Assembly: GCA_963740085.1 (NCBI GenBank)
Contig: CAVUCU010000005.1
Span: forward strand, 224,001 to 288,000
From: Nitrospirota bacterium
GTDB taxonomy: Bacteria; Nitrospirota; UBA9217
DNA: 64,000 nt
Reading direction: 5' to 3'
How positions within the stretch are numbered: the stretch's first letter is position 1; every line of letters starts with the position of its first letter. Of this stretch, positions 29,485-38,745 are shown in pieces. Below the pieces are notes generated by a model. That model searched no databases. It had not been told where the DNA came from and saw nothing but the letters and a program-made list of their open reading frames with translations. The translations under genes and the position numbers were made by a program.

Positions 29485-30822
29485 CTATCGGAATCCGCCG
29501 AGCATTTTTCCTATATTGCCAATCTTCCCCATCTTGCCGCCCGACATTGACTTTATCATCTTGCGCATCTCGGCGAACTGCTTCAGGAGCCGGTTCACAT
29601 CCTGCACCTGGGTCCCACTGCCTTTGGCGATGCGGGCCCTGCGGCTGCCGTTGATGATCAGATAGTCGATCCGTTCCTTGGTGGTCATGGAGCTGATGAT
29701 CGCGTCGACCTTCATCAGTTCCTTTTCATTCACCTGCGCATCGGGGAGCTTCATCTTGCCCATCCCGGGGATCATTCCCATGATCTGCTCAAGACCGCCG
29801 AGTTTTTTCACCTGCTTTAACTGGTCGCGGAAATCATCCAGGTCGAAGGAGTTCTTCTTGAGCTTCTTCGCAAGCTTGAGCGCCTCTTCCCGGTCAACGC
29901 CCTCCTGCGCCTTCTCGATGAGCGACATCACGTCGCCCATGCCGAGGATGCGCGAGGCCATGCGGTCCGGATGGAACGGCTCGAGGGCATCGAGCTTCTC
30001 GCCCATGCCCACGAACTTGAGCGGCTTACCGGTAACGGACCTGACCGAGAGCGCCGCGCCGCCGCGCGCATCGCCATCGAGCTTGGTCAGGACCACGCCG
30101 TCAAATCCCAGGTCGGCGTTGAACTTCGAGGCGATATTCACGGCCTCCTGGCCGGTCATCGCATCGGCCACGAACAGTACTTCGCTCGGCTTGACCCCGG
30201 CCTTGATCTGCCGGAGCTCATCCATGAGCGGCTCGTCTATCTGAAGCCGGCCCGCCGTATCAAGGATCACTACCTCATACAGAGATGAAGCTGCCTGCTT
30301 GACCGCCGCGCGGCAAATGACAACAGGGTCCTGCTCTTCCGACAGATAGGCATCCACCCCCACCTGCTTCGCAAGGGTAACGAGCTGCTGGACCGCTGCC
30401 GGCCTCCGCGTATCTGCGGGGACCAGAAGGACCCTGCGTCCGTCCTTTTTGAAATTCTTCGCCAGCTTGCCGGCCGTGGTCGTCTTGCCGGAGCCCTGCA
30501 AGCCGACCAGCATTATGACGGTCGGCGGGTTCGGCGACAGATAAAGCTTTGCGTGCGTTCCGCCAAGGAGCGTCACGAGTTCCTCGTGGACGATCTTGAT
30601 GACCTGCTGGCCCGGGGTAAGGCTTGAAAGTATCTCCTGCCCAACTGCCCGTTCCTGGACCTTGCCGATGAAGTCCTTCACCACCTTGAAGTTTACGTCG
30701 GCTTCAAGGAGCGCAAGACGAACTTCGCGCAGGGCCTCTTTAACATCATCTTCTTTGAGAACGCCTCTGCCGCGGAGCTTCTTGAAAACGGACTCTAATT
30801 TACCGCTTAAGGAATCAAACAT
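29485..30822 (-). CDS. ffh: signal recognition particle protein
   Basis: LLEADV, GLQGSGKTT, DTAGR, TKLDGDARGG and M-domain. Confidence 0.98.
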   Translation of the reverse strand: MFDSLSGKLESVFKKLRGRGVLKEDDVKEALREVRLALLEADVNFKVVKDFIGKVQERAVGQEILSSLTPGQQVIKIVHEELVTLLGGTHAKLYLSPNPPTVIMLVGLQGSGKTTTAGKLAKNFKKDGRRVLLVPADTRRPAAVQQLVTLAKQVGVDAYLSEEQDPVVICRAAVKQAASSLYEVVILDTAGRLQIDEPLMDELRQIKAGVKPSEVLFVADAMTGQEAVNIASKFNADLGFDGVVLTKLDGDARGGAALSVRSVTGKPLKFVGMGEKLDALEPFHPDRMASRILGMGDVMSLIEKAQEGVDREEALKLAKKLKKNSFDLDDFRDQLKQVKKLGGLEQIMGMIPGMGKMKLPDAQVNEKELMKVDAIISSMTTKERIDYLIINGSRRARIAKGSGTQVQDVNRLLKQFAEMRKMIKSMSGGKMGKIGNIGKMLGGFR

Positions 30823-30851
30823 ACAGTACACCCGCCTGACAAAGAATTGTA

Positions 30852-30880
30852 AATATATAAGATAAGTCCATTATTGTCAA
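30852..30880 (-). promoter_or_regulatory. sigma70 promoter of the ffh operon
   Basis: Minus strand TTGACA-17 nt-TATATT. Confidence 0.7.
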
Positions 30881-30975
30881 GGGTTTTCTATCGGCAAGTC
30901 CCGCCGCACGAAAACGATCGGATTTCATGTCATTAAACAGAAACAATAAAGTCAGCAGACAAGCAGGAAATTATA

Positions 30976-31004
30976 TTGACTAAGGCTAAAGCTGCAATTA
31001 TAAT
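30976..31004 (+). promoter_or_regulatory. sigma70 promoter of the rhodanese gene
   Basis: TTGACT-17 nt-TATAAT. Confidence 0.75.
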
Positions 31005-31103
31005 ATCTTTAGTCCGTCACTTCTCGGGTTGCATTCCCTTTTTCAGAAAGCAAAGCTGCCGAAATGATTGAAAAAATCTGCCGCATCGCGAAAGGAAAAA
31101 AAT

Positions 31104-32519
31104 ATGTTGCATAAACGATTTATGAGCATCAGCTGCGCAGCGGCCATGGTTTTCGGTCTGGCAATGACCGCCGACCTGTCGGTTGCGCAGGAAAAAGCTG
31201 CCGTTATGACAGCGCAGCAGGCAAAACCAACCATCGCCAAATCGTGTACGAGTTGTCACCAGGCACAAGAAGGGAACCTCCGGGGTAATTTCGACAATGT
31301 TGCGTTTAAAAGCCGGTCCATCCAGCTCAAGATAGACGACAGCACTGAGATCCTCAAGTTCGATGAAAAAACCATCAAAGTAGTCACCGCAGACAAGACC
31401 GAAGACGCCGAGGCACTCAGGGACATCAAGAAAGGACACGAGGTCCGCATAGTATTTACGGAAAAGAACGGCATCAAGACCGCCTCTCTTGTCTCAATAA
31501 AACCGCCCATCAAGGTCGCTCCCCAGAAGCTCATGACCACTGCCGAGGTCGAAAAGCTCGTGGCCATGGGTCCGGAGAAAGGGAAATACACCCTCATCGA
31601 TGCACGCCCGGCGCCTCGGTTCATGGAAGGCTCGATCCCCACGGCGATCAACATCTCCTTTGCAGCTTTTGATAAAAACATCGACAAGCTTCCCAAGGAC
31701 AAGAATGCGCTCATCATTTACTATTGTGGTGGCGTCACCTGAGCAATGAGCCCTAACTCTGCCGGTAAGGCGGAGAAGCTCGGTTATGCCAACGTAAAAG
31801 TGTATCATGAAGGTCTGCCCGTATGGTCCAGGAACAACTACTCCGTTCTTTCTGCACAGTTCCTCAAGGAGGCATGGATCGACAAGGATATCCCCTCGGT
31901 GATCCTCGATATCCGCCCGGTTGATGTTGCCAAAAGAGGCTTCATCAAGGGTGCCGTATCCCTTCCCGCAGCGGATGTTGAAAATTCCCTCGCCAGGTTC
32001 CCTGCCAAGGAATTGAAACCACCGATCATCATCTACAGCGATGCAAGCGGCGACGACGCGGTCAAGGCTGCGAAGGCCATCATCGCCGGAGGATACAAGA
32101 ACGTAAAGATCTTAACCAGTGGAATATCCGGATGGCAGGCTGCAAAATACCCCCTCGACTCCGGGAACTTGAATGTCACCATGGCCTATGTGCCCAAGCC
32201 CAGGCCGGGTTCAATGCCAATCGATGAGTTCAAGAAGATCGCTTCTGCGACCCCGGCCGATGTCCTGATCCTCGATGTGCGGGACAGGGACGAGGCGAAT
32301 GCCGGCATGATCCAGGGGGCGAAACTGGTGCCTGATGAAGAAATCCTCGACCGCCTGGCAGAGATCCCAAAGGACAAACAGATCCTCACGTATTGCTCGA
32401 CAGGCGTGCGCGCGGAGATGGCGTACCACAAGCTGAAGGAGAGAGGCTACAGGGTAGCCTTCCTGAACGCGATCATGGAGATCGATAAGGAAGGGAACTT
32501 CAAGATCGAAAAACCGTAG
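31104..32519 (+). CDS. exported c-type heme (CxxCH) multi-rhodanese sulfurtransferase with probable selenocysteine (TGA 31740-31742)
   Basis: ORFs 31068..31742 and 31746..32519 share a frame and are separated only by TGA in YYCGGVT*AMSP; signal peptide, CTSCH, three rhodanese domains (last with YCSTGVR); SECIS-like hairpin follows the TGA. Confidence 0.85.
31748..31781 (+). promoter_or_regulatory. bacterial SECIS-like hairpin
   Basis: Lower stem GAGC/GCTC, upper stem CTCTGCC/GGCGGAG, apical loop GGTAA beginning 21 nt after UGA. Confidence 0.75.
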
Positions 32520-32544
32520 CGCATTGTCAAAGCGCTCTTTTCCG

Positions 32545-32576
32545 GCCCCGGATGGTGAATGCCTCCGGGGCTTTTT
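32545..32576 (+). terminator. intrinsic terminator
   Basis: GCCCCGGA...TCCGGGGC-TTTTT. Confidence 0.75.
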
Positions 32577-32640
32577 GCGTCCATTGGATGAGAAAACGCG
32601 GGACATGATCCATAACGTGGACATTCCACAATGGCAATCG

Positions 32641-33378
32641 TCATTGGATCATCCTCGTCTTTTTTTCAATCGCACTGGTCACTTCGGTTTTGCTGGGAAC
32701 GTCGCTGTCTGCAGAGTAGAGGTATTCGGTCCTCACCAGTTCCTTCGCATATTCCCCGGGCGGATACATCTTCATGACCCTGATCCTTCCCCTTTCATCG
32801 TACTCATAGAGCGTGGATCTGATCACGGTCTCGCGGGCATTCACGATCATGCGCCTCAGCTCAGTCCCCGTTTCAGGGATGCTGGAAACGATACCGGCAA
32901 CGAATCCGGTCACCCCGCCAATGACGATCGGGGCCGCCACGATCGCCAGATATGCAACCGCCTCCTCGCCCGACCCGTGAAAAGACCATGCAAAGCTGCC
33001 CGAGATGTCCAACCCCGCCTGGAACCCCTTGCCGGTCCATTCATACACGATCGCAATCGGCTTTCCGATGTCGGCCTGCTGTTCAATGATCGCGATATCA
33101 TATGACCTGACAGGCCGGTCGTTCACGGTATGCACGATGGTAAACGTTCCCCCCGCTTTTCCCGGTCGATCGCGCAGTATCACGGGGAACAGGGGCCGCC
33201 CATGGTCGTCGAATTCAACTTTTTTCACCAGGAATGTCGATTGTTTTGGAACAGAAGGATATTCTGTGACAGGTTGAACGCGCTCTGTCATGCAGCCGCC
33301 AAGGACCAGCAACACACAACAGATGCAGCCAGCGCAGACATGCATCATGAATAATCCGCCATTACGTGAATGAATCAT
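32641..33378 (-). CDS. hypothetical lipoprotein (start could be 33348)
   Basis: LVLGGC lipobox-like signal; internal hydrophobic Gly-rich helix; ATGA coupling to the upstream gene. Confidence 0.65.
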   Translation of the reverse strand: MIHSRNGGLFMMHVCAGCICCVLLVLGGCMTERVQPVTEYPSVPKQSTFLVKKVEFDDHGRPLFPVILRDRPGKAGGTFTIVHTVNDRPVRSYDIAIIEQQADIGKPIAIVYEWTGKGFQAGLDISGSFAWSFHGSGEEAVAYLAIVAAPIVIGGVTGFVAGIVSSIPETGTELRRMIVNARETVIRSTLYEYDERGRIRVMKMYPPGEYAKELVRTEYLYSADSDVPSKTEVTSAIEKKTRMIQ

Positions 33379-34517
33379 GCCGAAGACTTCCTCACCAGCT
33401 CGATGAGAGTAACTTCCGGGGGCGCGAGGAACCGGATCGGCGGCCCCCAGGTTCCGGTCCCGCGGCTCACGTGCAGGAGCGAACCTTTCCCGAGATCGTA
33501 GTTGCCCGCATTCAGCGGAAACGACAGGCGCGTCAGCAAGGTGAAGGGAAAGATCTGCCCCTTATGCGTGTGTCCGGAGAGCTGGAGGTCAAAGAGGCCG
33601 ATGGTGTTCGGATCGATGTGCGGCTGGTGTTTAAGAAAAAGGATGAACTTGTCCCTCGCCAGCCCGCCCAGCAGATCTTTTTCTGATGATGGATGTCCAA
33701 GGTTCATCTGTACCGCGGTCCGATCGTCGGCGCCGACGATCGTGACGGGGCCGCCCGCGGCAACCTCATCACGCAGCATGGTAAGTCCCGCCTCATGGAT
33801 GAACGCGAGCGACTTTTCGGGTCCCGCATAATACTCATGGTTACCCATGACGGCGTACTTTCCGTATTTCGCCTTTATTTCACGAAGCATATCGGCAAGG
33901 CCGGGGAAATGGTTTATCTGGGCATCCACCAGGTCGCCGGTCACTACGAATAGATCGGGATCCGCGCCCCTGACCGCCTCGATCATCGGGCCGAACCGCT
34001 CGTGCCGGTTGATAAGGCCGAGGTGCACGTCCGATATCTGCGCGATCACAAGCCTGTCGATGCCCGCGGGGAGTTTCGTGGTCTCGATGACAAGCCGTTC
34101 CGTGTGGATGTCCTTCGCCTCAAAATAACCGTATGCACAGATCGCGAGCGCCAGGCCAAGACTGATGAAGAACGAGGTTTTCACCGGGACGAGATATGGG
34201 GAAATATCGTGCCGCGTCATCCAGCCCGCTATTCGGGTGATAAGGGTAATGCCATCGACGAGGAGTGAACTGCAGAAAAAGAGGAACAGCGCGGCCATCC
34301 AGAGGTAGGCGACATACGACAGTATCCGCGCCGCAAATTCATGCTCATGGGATTCGAGCGTCCGGACAAGAAAAACTGCGAAGACCATGAGCAGCATGAA
34401 CGAGGCAAGCACAGCCCCGACGATCGGACCGAACGCAAAGACGCTCCTTGCCTTGAGGAAGGCGTAGACGTGCACTCCTCCGTAGATGGTAAAGACCGTA
34501 ACAATGAAGAGGATCAT
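33375..34517 (-). CDS. membrane-bound metallophosphoesterase (YkuE-like)
   Basis: N-terminal TMs; SDVHLG, TGDLVD, GNHE and SGHTHKGQ. Confidence 0.9.
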   Translation of the reverse strand: MILFIVTVFTIYGGVHVYAFLKARSVFAFGPIVGAVLASFMLLMVFAVFLVRTLESHEHEFAARILSYVAYLWMAALFLFFCSSLLVDGITLITRIAGWMTRHDISPYLVPVKTSFFISLGLALAICAYGYFEAKDIHTERLVIETTKLPAGIDRLVIAQISDVHLGLINRHERFGPMIEAVRGADPDLFVVTGDLVDAQINHFPGLADMLREIKAKYGKYAVMGNHEYYAGPEKSLAFIHEAGLTMLRDEVAAGGPVTIVGADDRTAVQMNLGHPSSEKDLLGGLARDKFILFLKHQPHIDPNTIGLFDLQLSGHTHKGQIFPFTLLTRLSFPLNAGNYDLGKGSLLHVSRGTGTWGPPIRFLAPPEVTLIELVRKSSA

Positions 34518-35593
34518 CTGCCGAAATTCACTCCCATGCCCTCGGCGATATGAACGAGTTCGCCATCGGGATCAACGAGTTTAAGCTTGCTGATCGCACT
34601 CTCCAGCGGCACCGAGGTAATGGCCGGGGGTTGATAGGAAACCATCTCCCCGAACTTCTTTTGAGCGATGAGCTCTACGGCATATGCGCCGTAACGCGTG
34701 GCCAGCAGGCGGTCAAAGGAACAGGGACTTCCTCCCCGCTGCACATGGCCGAGCACGGTCACCCGCGTCTCGAAGCTGGTACGCCTGCTGATCTCATTCG
34801 CGACGATCTCACCCATGCCGCCGAGCCTCAGAACGTAGCCATCGGCGGCCTTTTCCCGTACCGACATTTCACCGCCTGCCGGTTTGGCTCCCTCGGCCAC
34901 AACCACGATACTCGACTTGCTCCCCGCCTTTTTCCGCTCAAGAAGCTTCTCTGTCACTTTTTCCATGCTGAACGGGATCTCGGGGATCAGGATAACGTCG
35001 GCGCTCCCGGCCATACCCGCCTCGAGGGCGATCCACCCGGCATATCGCCCCATCACCTCCAGCACGATCACCCGCTGATGGCTTTCTGCCGTGGTATGGA
35101 GCTTGTCGAGCGCTTCAGTGGCGGTATCCACCGCAGTCTGGAAACCGAAGGTCACGTCGGTGGCCATAAGATCATTGTCAATGGTCTTGGGAACGCCGAT
35201 CACGGGCACGCCGAGCTTGTGTATCCCCTCGCCTATCTTAAGCGATCCGTCGCCCCCGATGACAACGAGCACATCGAGCCCCAGCTCGGTGATGTTGTCC
35301 AGCACCTCCGGCGACATGTCCTCCACGATCTCCCTGCCGCCGACGACGGTCTTATGGGCAAAGGGGTTGCCTCGATTCGTGGTGCCGAGAATGGTGCCCC
35401 CGACAGACAGGATTCCCCGCGTGTTCCATGACGTGAGCTGGCGTGTTTTTGTCGGCGTCAACAGGCCCTCGAACCCGTCGATGATGCCCGTAACCTGCCA
35501 GCCGTACTTGACGATGGCCGTCTTCGTGGCCGCGCGGATGACCGCATTGAGACCAGGGGCATCGCCCCCGCCTGAAAGAACTCCGATTCGCAT
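34514..35593 (-). CDS. pfkA: 6-phosphofructokinase (ATP-dependent/mixed-substrate clade)
   Basis: GGGDAPGLN, GGTILGT, GGDGS, PKTIDND, EVMGR and LGHVQRGG. Confidence 0.9.
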   Translation of the reverse strand: MRIGVLSGGGDAPGLNAVIRAATKTAIVKYGWQVTGIIDGFEGLLTPTKTRQLTSWNTRGILSVGGTILGTTNRGNPFAHKTVVGGREIVEDMSPEVLDNITELGLDVLVVIGGDGSLKIGEGIHKLGVPVIGVPKTIDNDLMATDVTFGFQTAVDTATEALDKLHTTAESHQRVIVLEVMGRYAGWIALEAGMAGSADVILIPEIPFSMEKVTEKLLERKKAGSKSSIVVVAEGAKPAGGEMSVREKAADGYVLRLGGMGEIVANEISRRTSFETRVTVLGHVQRGGSPCSFDRLLATRYGAYAVELIAQKKFGEMVSYQPPAITSVPLESAISKLKLVDPDGELVHIAEGMGVNFGR

Positions 35594-35613
35594 GAAACCT
35601 CCAAAAATAATAT

Positions 35614-35706
35614 GGGGTCCAGCAGCTATGGTCCAGGGCACAGGTGAAAAAACCTTAATGCGGTTCAGCGTTTTTTCCAGAACCCCGACCCCTTGACCCG
35701 GGACCC
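35614..35706. repeat. 8-nt-periodic palindromic element
   Basis: GGGTCCAG..TGGTCCAG ... AGAACCCC GACCCC TTGACCC GGGACCCT. Confidence 0.4.
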
Positions 35707-35712
35707 TGTATT

Positions 35713-36585
35713 TTAGATTCCCAGCAGCCTTGCCCCGCATTCACGGGCGATCTTCATAACCTCGTCATGAGGAATTCCCGCCTGCTCAAAATACGCAAGC
35801 TCCGCTTCGTAGGCTTCCGCGTACCGTGGATCAGGCAGCACGCAATCCGTACCAACGGCGAGCGGAACGCCGATACCATGTGCATGCAGTATCATCTCGA
35901 GATGAGAACGGATCAGGCCGGCAACGAAGTCCACTGCTTTTTTTGATGCCTTACCGGACTCAGCGGCGCGTTTGAGCGCTCCGGTCGTTGGTACCCAGAA
36001 TGTGGATCTTTTTGCCATTCTCTCGAGCGCTCGCTCGGACATGAAGAACCCATGCTCGATGGACCGCACCCCCGCGTCTGCGGCGTCAATGATGGCCTGT
36101 TCCCCGTTCGCGTGCGCCATGACGCCCAGGCCGCAGGCTGCGGCAGCCTGCACGATGAACTGGAGTTCGTCGTTGTTGAAGCCTCCAGCCGTCACCCTGC
36201 CGGGATCTTTGAGGCTCACCATGCCCGATGCCATGACCTTTATTATACCAGCACCGCCACGCTTGAGATTAAGAATTTCGCACTGGATCTCGTCCCTGGT
36301 CTCTACGGGATTGCCGAATATCGACCCATATCCGCCCTTTTTCCAGAGCGCCCATACTGCGGAAACAATGATGGGAGCGGCTGACCGTTCAACTGTTTTG
36401 CTGACGGGCCTTGCCCCGTTTTTCCTACCCGCGTCCCGCACCGCTATAACGCCGGCATCGACGATAGCATCCAGACAGCAGGTATCCCTAAGATGCACAT
36501 GGGCGTCGACCAATCCGGCGCCGCGTCTTGGATGTCCGGGAAATCGTTCTGATAATGGATGAAGATGTTCTCTCTGTTCTTTCAC
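35713..36585 (-). CDS. amidohydrolase family protein
   Basis: GLVDAHVH, IKVMASG, VMAHANG, SIEHG and VGTD. Confidence 0.82.
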   Translation of the reverse strand: MKEQREHLHPLSERFPGHPRRGAGLVDAHVHLRDTCCLDAIVDAGVIAVRDAGRKNGARPVSKTVERSAAPIIVSAVWALWKKGGYGSIFGNPVETRDEIQCEILNLKRGGAGIIKVMASGMVSLKDPGRVTAGGFNNDELQFIVQAAAACGLGVMAHANGEQAIIDAADAGVRSIEHGFFMSERALERMAKRSTFWVPTTGALKRAAESGKASKKAVDFVAGLIRSHLEMILHAHGIGVPLAVGTDCVLPDPRYAEAYEAELAYFEQAGIPHDEVMKIARECGARLLGI

Positions 36586-38615
36586 GGGTGGTATTGTTCG
36601 TACAGGCTATCCGGAATTAGTTTCAGGTCTCGGGTGAAGCGGTCGTTCATTGATTTGTAGTGGTTGAACTCCGCGATCAGCTCGTTCTTTTTCCCCTCGT
36701 CCTGTATCGGCTCCAGATCCATACTCTTCCCGATGGAAAACAATTCATCCTGATCGATGAAATACATTCCGGAAATATAATCTATCAGATCGGTTTTCGT
36801 GTGTTTGAGGGGATAGCTGTGGATATTTCTGAATGAAGGGTCCGTATCAAGTCCCGTACCGACCCAGGCAGCGGTCGAAGGGACATCTATATGATAATTC
36901 TTTTTAAGAAAGGCGAGTAGGGAAGGGGTAATATCCAATTGCGATGAGATCGACTGGATATACGCGGTGCGCTTTAGCATGGGCGAGAATATGATCAGCG
37001 GGACATGAAATCGATCGATCTTGGTGGACATCTCGATCTCAGGCAGGCGATGGTCGCCGGTAAGGATAAATATGGTATTGCTATAGGCCGGAAGTTTCGC
37101 GTATTGCTCAAAAAAGAATCGTAACGCCTCATCAGTGTACATGATCGTGGAATATATCTTTTCGTAGGTGCGGTGCTCTTTCTTCCGGACCTCATCAAAA
37201 CCCAATCTGTTCATCCGCTCCTCAACGAGCCTTATATATCTCTCCTGTTCGGGTATGGAATATGACGTGTGCATGCTCATGGTCTGTATGAACGAAACAT
37301 ATGGCTGCCGCGAATCTCGACGGTCCATTTCCAGAGCTTTCCTCATCACCTCCCTGTCGGGATAACCCCAGCTTGAACCGGGACTTTTCGCATAGGTGTT
37401 GTCATAGTCATCAATTCCGACCAGAACATCCACACCCTGCCGCTGGAGAAATAATCGCTCGTTATCAAAATCCGGATCACTGCCAATATAAAATTTGAGC
37501 CGATATCCACTGTGTTTCAGGATGCTCATCAATGAAAGATGCCTGGGCATCCGTTTACCCAGTTCATTAAAGCCTTGCTCCGCGAACGGCAAGGAGGCTA
37601 AAATCGATGGAAGCGCCGCAAAGGTGCGCCCCTGTGAAGCAAGGAAATTCTCCCAGTACAGACTTCTTCCCGCCAGATCATCGAGAAAGGGAGTGAAGCT
37701 CCCCAGATACGCATTGGGCCCGCTGAATGCCTTGCCCAAACCCTCCACCAGAATAAACACAAGGTTGGGCGGCCTGGTGGAATCAACAGTGAAGTATTCG
37801 CCCAACACATCGCGGGTATCGTCGGTCCTGAGAAAGGGATATTCTGGATCGATATATTTGAATACCGGCGCCCCGACAGGCCGCCCATCCGCCCTGCGGG
37901 AGGCAATGACAGAATCATTCGCTTTTGCGGCGTGAGAAAAATAGGCATAAGAATCCACGGCAAAATACATCACTTTGTTCAATGCCAGGTTATAGGATAA
38001 TTCCGATGCAAATGATGCTCTCTCGGGTAAACCGGATGCCGTGAAGACCAGCACGATCCCCGCCCCTAAGGCGACAAACGCATATGCCGGTTTCATCGAC
38101 TTGCGGGTGTATAAAAACGCCAGCGTCGCCCAGAATACTGCCACGGGCATGATAAAGAGGAATATTGAAATTGCATTGATCGTGATCCCGCCTCTGACCG
38201 TTTCTTCAATTTCCTTCACGGAATATCCAAAAACATCGGCCCCGAGGGGAACCCCCGCCGTGGCAAAGTATTTGATCAATACTGCGTACAGGATGAGAAC
38301 GATCGATCCACCGATACCATATGCCAGGTAACGGGACTTCATCGTTCTTGTGCTCAGGTATATGATGAGAAAGGGAACGAACAGGAACGGAAGCATTTTC
38401 AGATAGGATACAATATCAAACAGGAGAGCCTGTACGATAACGTTCCGGATATCCTCCGGAAGATTGCGGGTCATTGAAATGAAAATGAATTCCATCATGC
38501 GCGCCGCCAAGAATGCCATCAATAATGCTGATGACAGGCTCGCAAACAGGGCAACGCTGTGTTTTAATGAACTGAGAAATGACTGTTCAGGTTTCCTCTG
38601 GATCGCGCTGTTCAT
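36582..38615 (-). CDS. LTA synthase/sulfatase-family membrane protein
   Basis: N-terminal TMs; PNLVFILVEG, GRT, TMSMH, YTDEAL and TGDH. Confidence 0.85.
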   Translation of the reverse strand: MNSAIQRKPEQSFLSSLKHSVALFASLSSALLMAFLAARMMEFIFISMTRNLPEDIRNVIVQALLFDIVSYLKMLPFLFVPFLIIYLSTRTMKSRYLAYGIGGSIVLILYAVLIKYFATAGVPLGADVFGYSVKEIEETVRGGITINAISIFLFIMPVAVFWATLAFLYTRKSMKPAYAFVALGAGIVLVFTASGLPERASFASELSYNLALNKVMYFAVDSYAYFSHAAKANDSVIASRRADGRPVGAPVFKYIDPEYPFLRTDDTRDVLGEYFTVDSTRPPNLVFILVEGLGKAFSGPNAYLGSFTPFLDDLAGRSLYWENFLASQGRTFAALPSILASLPFAEQGFNELGKRMPRHLSLMSILKHSGYRLKFYIGSDPDFDNERLFLQRQGVDVLVGIDDYDNTYAKSPGSSWGYPDREVMRKALEMDRRDSRQPYVSFIQTMSMHTSYSIPEQERYIRLVEERMNRLGFDEVRKKEHRTYEKIYSTIMYTDEALRFFFEQYAKLPAYSNTIFILTGDHRLPEIEMSTKIDRFHVPLIIFSPMLKRTAYIQSISSQLDITPSLLAFLKKNYHIDVPSTAAWVGTGLDTDPSFRNIHSYPLKHTKTDLIDYISGMYFIDQDELFSIGKSMDLEPIQDEGKKNELIAEFNHYKSMNDRFTRDLKLIPDSLYEQYHP

Positions 38616-38745
38616 GCTCTGCAGCTCTTCCTTTCAAAGAAACCGGTCGATGGCATGTTTTCCCCGGTTGTTCTCGGATCAAAGCCGATTTCCTTTTCGA
38701 AACCGACCAGCATGCACCTATCCGACAAGCGGCTGCGAGCTTTCA

